The notes beneath the pieces are model-generated. The model was given only the letters and a program-made list of their open reading frames with translations. It searched no databases and was not told where the DNA came from. 64,000 nt of DNA, from assembly GCA_963695545.1 (NCBI GenBank), contig OY968796.1, positions 1,984,001 to 2,048,000 on the forward strand, given 5' to 3'. The DNA comes from Terriglobia bacterium (lineage in GTDB: Bacteria > Acidobacteriota > Terriglobia > Acidiferrales > UBA7541). Below, piece by piece: positions 19,345 through 25,298 of this stretch; positions within the stretch are counted from its first letter, which is position 1; each line of letters starts with the position of its first letter. The position numbers and the translations under genes were made by a program.

Positions 19345-20327
19345 TGAACCTAATAGACGTTACACGAAAGTTCGCCAGCAAGGAATCCTGCTTAGAGTAT
19401 CTCGCCGCGATGCGCTGGCCGAATGGTATCACGTGCACACACTGTGGCGTTGTGGGCGACGATCAATTCCGCAAGTTCACGACACGCGAGACTGAGCGCA
19501 CTCGATTCAGCGCGAAGAAACAGAAGACGGTCACCGTCCGCGTGCCGTCGCGCAGCCTGTACGAGTGCAAGGGATGCGGCTATCAATTCAGCGCGACCAC
19601 GGGCACGGTGTTCCACGATTCACACTTGCCGCTCGAAAAGTGGTTTATGGCGATTGCCCTGATTCTTGAAGCGAAGAAAGGAATCAGCGCCCTACAGGTC
19701 TGCCGCAACCTCGGAATCCCTGAGAGTAGCTACCGGACGGTCTGGTATCTCTGCCATCGCATCCGTGAAGCCACACAAGAGACCGGCTTACTATCCGGCA
19801 TCGTTGAGACGGACGAGACCTATCTGACGCCTAAGAAGCCCCGCAAGGGCGCTCCCAAGGTCAAGAAAGACAAGCGAGACGTGGTGCTCGGAATGATCGA
19901 ACGCGGCGGTCGGCTGCGAATGGTTCCGATGCGAGACGCGAAGATGTCGATAATCGAGCCGATCATTGCGAAGCACATCGCTCCCGATGCCACGCTGCAA
20001 ACCGACGAACATCCCACATACGCGATAATCGGCAAGCGCCGCTTTCCCGGCAGGCACCGCGCGATCAATCACATGCGCAGTTACGCGGACGGCGACAATA
20101 CGACGAACTCAATTGAGAATGCGTTTTCGTTGCTCAAGCGCGGCGTGTACGGCACGTTCCACAAGGTTTCGATAAAGCATCTTGGCCGGTACTGCAACGA
20201 GTTTTCGTATCGGTTCAACCGACGCGGGAATCAGTCGGAGATGTTCGGCGAGACCGTGAAGGGATTGCTAAAGGGCCAGCCGTTGCCGCTCAAGAAGCTG
20301 ACTGCTTCCGAAACATCGGAGTCTTAG
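19344..20327 (+). CDS. IS1595-family DDE transposase
   Basis: RWPNG..CTHC...CKGC Zn ribbon, KKGISALQ HTH, VETDETY, LQTDE, TNSIENAFS and HL.RY..EF.YRFN motifs. Confidence 0.95.
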   Translation: MNLIDVTRKFASKESCLEYLAAMRWPNGITCTHCGVVGDDQFRKFTTRETERTRFSAKKQKTVTVRVPSRSLYECKGCGYQFSATTGTVFHDSHLPLEKWFMAIALILEAKKGISALQVCRNLGIPESSYRTVWYLCHRIREATQETGLLSGIVETDETYLTPKKPRKGAPKVKKDKRDVVLGMIERGGRLRMVPMRDAKMSIIEPIIAKHIAPDATLQTDEHPTYAIIGKRRFPGRHRAINHMRSYADGDNTTNSIENAFSLLKRGVYGTFHKVSIKHLGRYCNEFSYRFNRRGNQSEMFGETVKGLLKGQPLPLKKLTASETSES

Positions 20328-20445
20328 GGCCGCGCTTGCCGGAAGTTTTTATATCGCTTTGCGGCTTCGGCTTTGAGCCGAGCAGCGCCGCGAGCACCGC
20401 GTCAAACTTCTTCTTTTCGACCAGCACGCTTTTCTTTGTTTTCAT
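20290..20445 (-). CDS. Small basic protein (51 aa), convergent with and overlapping the transposase 3' end
   Basis: MKTKKSVLVEKKKFDAVLAALLGSKPKP...; amphipathic helix plus basic tail. Confidence 0.45.
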   Translation of the reverse strand: MKTKKSVLVEKKKFDAVLAALLGSKPKPQSDIKTSGKRGPKTPMFRKQSAS

Positions 20446-20503
20446 GAGTTTTCCACATCCTGAATGGATTTCCACAGCCATGTCGGAAAAATCCGGTAGT
20501 GAC

Positions 20504-20776
20504 TCATTTTGAATTGGGCCTTTGGGACAGGTGGCAGGGAGTCTTGTGGACGCCGGAGACCGGACGTGTGACATAAAACACGGGTTCGACGGCGGAAATC
20601 TGCTTAACCAAGAAGGGGGCCAACTGGAACTGCTTATAGCCCTCCTTCAGGGCATCGTCATACGAAGAAAAGAAGTCCACAATAGTTTCCCCGTGAATAA
20701 GCACGAACTTGCCCTCGTGCGCTTTCAGCTCGGGGAGGTTCTTCCGGTAGGTTTCCAGCTCTTTTTCTAAGGCCAT
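20504..20776 (-). CDS. Small passenger protein, DUF5678-like
   Basis: LEKELETY...HEGKFVLIHG..IVDFF.SY.DAL..GY..F...PFLVKQI pattern; the stop codon lies inside the TIR. Confidence 0.6.
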   Translation of the reverse strand: MALEKELETYRKNLPELKAHEGKFVLIHGETIVDFFSSYDDALKEGYKQFQLAPFLVKQISAVEPVFYVTRPVSGVHKTPCHLSQRPNSK

Positions 20777-20871
20777 CTTGGCACCAGTTGTTGTCACTTT
20801 TATACCTCAGATGCCAGAAGAGATGCGGGGATAGTACAAAACGGTTTCTCTGGGCGCAACACCAATTTGCC

Positions 20872-21720
20872 CTACGCGGCCTTCTCTTTCGACATCTCCA
20901 TTATACGCACCAGCTCCTCAATTGTCCAAACGTGGTCCGAGACTCCCGCTTCCATCGCAGGGGTTACACGTAGTGTTTGATGCACGCGGCAGAAGTTATA
21001 GTGCATAAAGTGGAGTGCCACGGCCCAACGGTGATTGTCTAGCTTCTTAGAGAACGCATTTGTGAGCCGGGTAAAACGGCGCATCTTCATCCGCATAGTT
21101 AGGTTCTGGCGTTCCACGAAGCTGGTAGAAATGTGCTTTGGATTCGGCTGACCTACAATTTTGGTTTGTCTGCACCCGATATAGTCTGCGGGACTATATC
21201 GGACTTCTCCTTGTGCCCGATCTGAGCCGTACATCTTGACGAGCATCGCGTAGTCAATCTCAGTACCGAATGCGAATTCAACCGCCTGCAAATAGGCTTT
21301 GTGACCATCGCTGGTCAACTGCACGCGATTGGCAAGGCGCGAAGCCAAGTCGTACATGAAATGCTGCGCGTGCCAAGCGTTGCGGTCACCGATTCGCCAG
21401 CAGGGAACCAACTTTGTATCCGCGCAAATAGAAACCCAGGTCCACACGTCGCCGAACCCATGCTTGCCGCGCAGATCGTTCGGCACGTTCTTTTCTTTGG
21501 CATAGCAGAAGGACCAGATTTCATCGCACTGGACGCGCTTGCAGGGAAGATTAACCAACACGCGGCGCTGGTATTCTTCGCAAGCTTGGCCAATCGCTGG
21601 CATGAGCTTTAGGACAGTATTAAAAGCCACATCGCACATACGGGCCGTGGCTCGTAGTGAGTTCCCTTCTACGAGTGCCGAGATGATCTGCGCTTGCTTC
21701 TCTTTGTTTAAGCGATTCAT
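20872..21720 (-). CDS. IS1-family DDE transposase (single ORF, HTH plus DDE)
   Basis: EGNSLRATAR HTH, QCDEIWSF, TSDG...Y, TSFVERQNLTMR..MRRFTRLT..FSKK and TPAM motifs. Confidence 0.92.
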   Translation of the reverse strand: MNRLNKEKQAQIISALVEGNSLRATARMCDVAFNTVLKLMPAIGQACEEYQRRVLVNLPCKRVQCDEIWSFCYAKEKNVPNDLRGKHGFGDVWTWVSICADTKLVPCWRIGDRNAWHAQHFMYDLASRLANRVQLTSDGHKAYLQAVEFAFGTEIDYAMLVKMYGSDRAQGEVRYSPADYIGCRQTKIVGQPNPKHISTSFVERQNLTMRMKMRRFTRLTNAFSKKLDNHRWAVALHFMHYNFCRVHQTLRVTPAMEAGVSDHVWTIEELVRIMEMSKEKAA

Positions 21721-21728
21721 AATGTCTG

Positions 21729-21758
21729 ATTATGCTTGAGCGGCTCAAGGTGTGTCAA
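21729..21758 (-). promoter_or_regulatory. IS1 transposase promoter with internal palindromic operator; leaderless ATG
   Basis: TTGACA (21753-58)-18 bp-CATAAT (21729-34). CTTGAG-CGG-CTCAAG lies in the spacer; the ATG is 8 nt downstream of the -10. Confidence 0.65.
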
Positions 21759-21924
21759 GAGAAAAACGCAGAATCTTACGAACACTTGGCGCTCACTAAG
21801 TGCTGTACTGTCAATACGATGTGGATACACCTGCGTAATATCCGCAGGGTGCTCTGCAAGTTCGGCGTGCTAGACTAAGTCTTCTCTGCTAGAATCGGCG
21901 TGTCTGATACGGACATGGAGGTTC

Positions 21925-22446
21925 ATGGTCATGGATGATAAACTAAGTGGCGCTGTCGAAGTGCTGGTCGCGCAATTGAACGATCAAATGAAACAAGTGG
22001 CTGACACAAAAAGCACGATCAACGCGCTATTACGAAGTATGGGGAAAGAGGCGATGTTTCAGGATGTAAACGTGGAACAAGCGTCCGCGATTCGTCCAGA
22101 CCAGTTCTACGGAAAGGGTCTCGCAACTGCTGTTCAGGACTATCTCAAACGGCGAAAGCAAGCGTGCGGAGCGGATGAAATTCTCCGGGGACTAGAACAA
22201 GGTGGTTTTGATTTCCGCTCAGTATCATGGAAGGAAGCTGATCGTCGTCGGAGTCTATCAATCTCATTGGCAAAGAACAGCGTCACATTTCATCGGCTTC
22301 CCAACGGGACATTCGGTCTGCTGAGTTGGTACCCTGAGAATATTGGGAAGCAAGAGCCGCCAGCAAACAAAAAGCGCGGGCGGAAAGCGAAGAAGGCCAA
22401 GCCATCGGCTGAGGACGCTACAAAGCCTGAACAGGGGAAACCATGA
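21925..22446 (+). CDS. Passenger protein: N-terminal coiled coil plus winged-helix (HARE-HTH-like) domain and basic tail
   Basis: GGAGG RBS; FHRLPNGTFGLLSWYP resembles the wing motif of HARE-HTH/RNAP delta N-terminal domains. Confidence 0.6.
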   Translation: MVMDDKLSGAVEVLVAQLNDQMKQVADTKSTINALLRSMGKEAMFQDVNVEQASAIRPDQFYGKGLATAVQDYLKRRKQACGADEILRGLEQGGFDFRSVSWKEADRRRSLSISLAKNSVTFHRLPNGTFGLLSWYPENIGKQEPPANKKRGRKAKKAKPSAEDATKPEQGKP

Positions 22447-22518
22447 CCAGAAGGGATATGTGCCTAGATTGCCGGACGCCGTGCCTACCGAGCAGCCTAG
22501 GCCAAATTAAAGACAAGA

Positions 22519-22557
22519 CCCGCTTCCAGTAACCTTTGCGGGGGAGCTGGAAGCGGG
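22519..22557. terminator. Hairpin between convergent passenger genes
   Basis: CCCGCTTCCAG (22519-29) pairs with CTGGAAGCGGG (22547-57). Confidence 0.4.
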
Positions 22558-22598
22558 CCGTGGTAGGACGCAAAGATCGCGGCCATGAACCGTCGCGA

Positions 22599-22835
22599 TT
22601 ATACCTTTTTTGTTGACCAACGTGCCTTAGCTGCTTTACGGGCGATGGCCTTTCGCTTACTGGCGGAGAGACGCGCCGCTCGCGCCTTTCCGCCTTTAAG
22701 ACCACCTTTGCGCCCGATCTGGGCGAGATACTCTTTGACGGATGCTGTCTGTCTTGGTTCTTCTGTGGATAGCCGTACGATCTCAGCGGCCAGTTGATTT
22801 GGGTCTTTCGGGAGCGGCTTGCTTGAGCGCCTCAT
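22599..22835 (-). CDS. Small highly basic protein of the type found beside IS1-like transposases
   Basis: PKDPNQLA..IV...T and GRKGGLKGGKARA..LS...R..IA.KAA.ARW motifs. Confidence 0.8.
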   Translation of the reverse strand: MRRSSKPLPKDPNQLAAEIVRLSTEEPRQTASVKEYLAQIGRKGGLKGGKARAARLSASKRKAIARKAAKARWSTKKV

Positions 22836-22967
22836 GCATCACATGATGCACAATTCTTCGGGGCGTTTCAAGCCCCCTAAAAGCTCAAAATGAGTCACTA
22901 CCAAAAATCCGCTTGCAATTTCATTCGTATTCTCTTCGCCTACCCCTGACTGAAACGCAAGCAAGGC

Positions 22968-22997
22968 TTGACAGATTTATCCCGAACAGCGTAGATT
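22968..22997 (+). promoter_or_regulatory. sigma70-type promoter of the RNA cluster
   Basis: TTGACA (22968-73)-18 bp-TAGATT (22992-97); no credible ORF follows for about 530 bp. Confidence 0.6.
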
Positions 22998-23003
22998 GCA
23001 CCC

Positions 23004-23105
23004 TAGTAACAGCGACGGCCCACCACCCCAAGGGGTAGTGAGCCGGTTGCTGCTGCCACGCTAGCACGTGGCGGAAGTTCTGGGCGCATGCTACCGAGAA
23101 TTCCG
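23004..23105 (+). ncRNA. Structured RNA, three consecutive hairpins, unknown class
   Basis: CAGCGAC-GGC-CAC-ACCCC/GGGGT-GTG-GCC-GTTGCTG; GCCACG/CGTGGC; GGAAgTTCT/AGAATTCC. Confidence 0.45.
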
Positions 23106-23147
23106 TTCCTCGTCAACGTGGTTTCCGAATTTATTTTTTGTCGCACG

Positions 23148-23214
23148 GGGGGCGCCAGGTAGGGGACGTCGGTTTCCCACCCATTTCCCCTGGGTTCAAA
23201 TCCCAGCGCCTCCA
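23148..23214 (+). ncRNA. D-armless tRNA-like RNA with alanine identity (resembles the tmRNA tRNA-like domain)
   Basis: Acceptor GGGGGCG/CGCCTCC with G3:U70 and A73. T-arm CTGGG-TTCAAAT-CCCAG. Only 35 nt between the acceptor 5' strand and the T-arm; no D-stem; no encoded CCA. Confidence 0.6.
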
Positions 23215-23231
23215 CCCATGCGACTTTCAAC

Positions 23232-23325
23232 GGCGGGATAGCTTTAACGGTAAAGCCCCGGATTTATAATCCGAGGGTCTCCATGCGTACACATGGAGAT
23301 GTCAGTTCGACCCTGACTCCCGCCG
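23232..23325 (+). tRNA. Irregular tRNA, anticodon UAU, long variable arm (Ser/Sec-like body)
   Basis: Acceptor GGCGGGA/TCCCGCC with G73. D-arm GCTTTA-ACGG-TAAAGC. Anticodon arm (C)CGGA-TT-TAT-AA-TCCG(A). V-arm GTCTCCATG-CGTACA-CATGGAGAT. T-arm GTCAG-TTCGACC-CTGAC. Confidence 0.88.
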
Positions 23326-23530
23326 TCAAACTTTTAAGGACACTAGGAGAACGCACCTGATTTCGGATTGGAAACAAAGGTCTGCATCGAGTCTCCCCAA
23401 CCCCGCGTCGCCGGGATTGCCTGACTTGGCTGGTACCAGCCGAGCACCCGGTACCGGCTCTGACTGTATATGGTATCACTATAATTTCGTCAAGGGAAAA
23501 CGATATGTCTCGTATCACACCGAGGTCAAC

Positions 23531-23867
23531 ATGATGAAACGCGTTTTTTTCTCGGCCTTAATCGCAGTTTGCATTGGTCAGGCTCCGCTTCTCGCGCAGG
23601 TGCGGCCTCCGGGTCGGCACCATCGAGACGACTTAGAACAGCGATACAACGATCTCAAATGTGCGCTCGTGATCGTTCAAAATGGGGGCGAATTCGGGAC
23701 AGGAGTTTTCATTGGCTCGGACGGAGATATTGCGACTGCCTCTCACGTCCTGGGCGACCGTACGTTCACATCTCAGGCCGACGGGACGATAACGACAAAC
23801 CTTGCGTTGCCCGCGTCACTCACCGTCATCGACAGCCAAGGAAAATCGACTACGGTGCCGGGAACAT
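23531..23867 (+). pseudogene. Secreted trypsin-like serine protease, 3'-truncated by IS3
   Basis: GAGG RBS, signal peptide MMKRVFFSALIAVC, GTGVFI...IATASHV (catalytic His motif); the Ser motif is absent. Confidence 0.75.
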
Positions 23868-23932
23868 TGACCTGACCGGGGTTTTTTGTACCAGCGGGAG
23901 TGAGAGAGAATTCACTCTGGAGGGAAGCTGGT

Positions 23933-24211
23933 ATGCCGATGAGGAGATACAAGCCGGAGCAGATCGTCACGCTGCTGCGGCAAGTTGAAGTTGAAATCGC
24001 CAACGGAAAGAGCACCCCACAAGCCTGCAAGGAAGCCGAGATCACCGCGCAGACCTACTACCGCTGGCGGAAGGAATACGGCGGCCTGAAGTTGGATCAA
24101 GCGAAACGCCTCAAAGAGTTGGAGCGGGAAAACGCCAAGCTGAAACGGTTGGTGGCGGAGCTTTCGTTGGAGAAGCAAATTCTGAAGGATGTGGCAGAGG
24201 GAAACTTCTAA
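23933..24211 (+). CDS. IS3 transposase OrfA
   Basis: HTH (TYYRWRKEYGG) and leucine zipper (LKELERENAKLKRLVAEL); ends in the slippery heptamer G GGA AAC (24199-205). Confidence 0.92.
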   Translation: MPMRRYKPEQIVTLLRQVEVEIANGKSTPQACKEAEITAQTYYRWRKEYGGLKLDQAKRLKELERENAKLKRLVAELSLEKQILKDVAEGNF

Positions 24212-25077
24212 GCCCTGAGCGGCGACGTAGCGCGGTGGAGCATGCACGCGAGAGCTACCAAGTATCAGAGCGGCATGCCTGCCGGTTGCTGGGGCAGTGG
24301 AGAGGGACACAACGCTACGAGGTGATCCACCGAACGGATGAAGACGCGCTGACGCGAGACATCGTGGCGCTGGCCAGCGAGTACGGGCGCTTCGGCTATC
24401 GGAGGATCACGGCGCTGTTGCAAGCACGGGGCTGGTATGTGGGCAAGGATCGGGTGCAGCGGATCTGGCGGCGCGAAGGGCTGAAAGTGCCGCAGGGACA
24501 AAGGCCGCGAGGAAGGCTGTGGTTGAACGACGGATCGTGTGTTCGTCTCCGGCCGGAACGAGCCAACCATGTGTGGAGCTACGATTTCGTGAGCGCGATG
24601 ACCCACGACGGCCGAACACTGCGAATGCTGACGCTGATCGACGAATACACGCGGGAGTGCCTGGCGATCCGCGTGGCGAGAAGGCTGGGGAGATACGAAG
24701 TGATCGAAGCGCTGGCGGACGTGATGCTTTACCGGGGAATTCCGGAACATATTCGCTCGGACAACGGCCCGGAGTTCGTGGCCAAGGAGCTGAGGAGTTG
24801 GCTGGCGAAGGTGGGAACGGGGACGCTGTACATCGAACCGGGAAGCCCTTGGGAGAATGGCTACTGCGAAAGCTTCAACGGGAAATTGCGCGATGAATGT
24901 TTGAACGGAGAGATTTTTTACTCGCTGAAGGAAGCGCAGATCGTGATCGAGAAATGGCGGATGGTGTACAACACGCTGCGTCCGCACTCAGCGCTGGGCT
25001 ACAGGCCACCGGCGCCGGTGGCCTGTAGCCCCTTGGTGCCGCCAATTCTCGGTTCGCCGTCGACGGCTGTGATGTAG
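24199..25077 (+). CDS. IS3 transposase OrfB, fused to OrfA by a -1 frameshift
   Basis: The -1 frame reads GKLLSPERRRSAVE... into the ORF at 24235; WSYDF, SDNGPEF, PWENGYCESFNG and RPHSALGY motifs. Confidence 0.92.
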   Translation, partial: GKLLSPERRRSAVEHARESYQVSERHACRLLGQWRGTQRYEVIHRTDEDALTRDIVALASEYGRFGYRRITALLQARGWYVGKDRVQRIWRREGLKVPQGQRPRGRLWLNDGSCVRLRPERANHVWSYDFVSAMTHDGRTLRMLTLIDEYTRECLAIRVARRLGRYEVIEALADVMLYRGIPEHIRSDNGPEFVAKELRSWLAKVGTGTLYIEPGSPWENGYCESFNGKLRDECLNGEIFYSLKEAQIVIEKWRMVYNTLRPHSALGYRPPAPVACSPLVPPILGSPSTAVM

Positions 25078-25298
25078 ACTCTCTCATTCACCGTGGTACA
25101 AAAACTCGGGCTGGTCATAAGGACAAGCCTAAATCAAGGGAGTCAACTATATAATTCCCGCAAGATGCGCGCGCGTGACGTGATTCAAAACCAATTTGGT
25201 CGCACGCTGGCGCGACGTGGCTGACGGTCGCCAACCGCGGGCGCGTCCGGTACAATAAATGGCGTGAACCCATCGATAGAAAACGCATAGGAGCTGCC

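Larger units (their letters stand above)
20495..22902. mobile_element. IS1-family element with passenger genes, nested in the IS1595 transposon
   Basis: Perfect 18-bp TIRs GGTAGTGACTCATTTTGA (20495-512) and TCAAAATGAGTCACTACC (22885-902). 8-bp TSD AAAAATCC at 20487-94 and 22903-10. Confidence 0.93.
23868..25117 (+). mobile_element. IS3-family insertion sequence (IS407-like group)
   Basis: TG...CA ends. Left end TGACCTGACCGGGGTTTTTTGTACCA versus right end (reverse complement) TGACCAGCCCGAGTTTTTGTACCA. No TSD. Confidence 0.9.
19239..25159. mobile_element. IS1595-family cargo transposon with two nested IS elements
   Basis: Left TIR GGGAATTATATACATGACTCCC (19239-60) matches the reverse complement of 25138-59 (GGGAATTATATAGTTGACTCCC) at 20/22. 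8-bp direct repeat GCAAGATG at 19231-38 and 25160-67. Confidence 0.93.

Noticed and set aside
23148..23217. Full tmRNA gene or a prophage attR fragment
   Set aside because: There is no room for a tag ORF or pseudoknots; both acceptor strands are present, unlike a 3' att remnant; no integrase is nearby.
23232..23325. Calling the long-arm tRNA selC or a group I intron-containing tRNA
   Set aside because: The anticodon is UAU, not UCA; the fold is 7/5 with G73; the extra sequence is a clean variable-arm hairpin.
23003..23518. Minus-strand ORFs of 75 and 84 aa across the RNA cluster
   Set aside because: They are antisense to well-formed tRNA-like structures and show no protein motifs.
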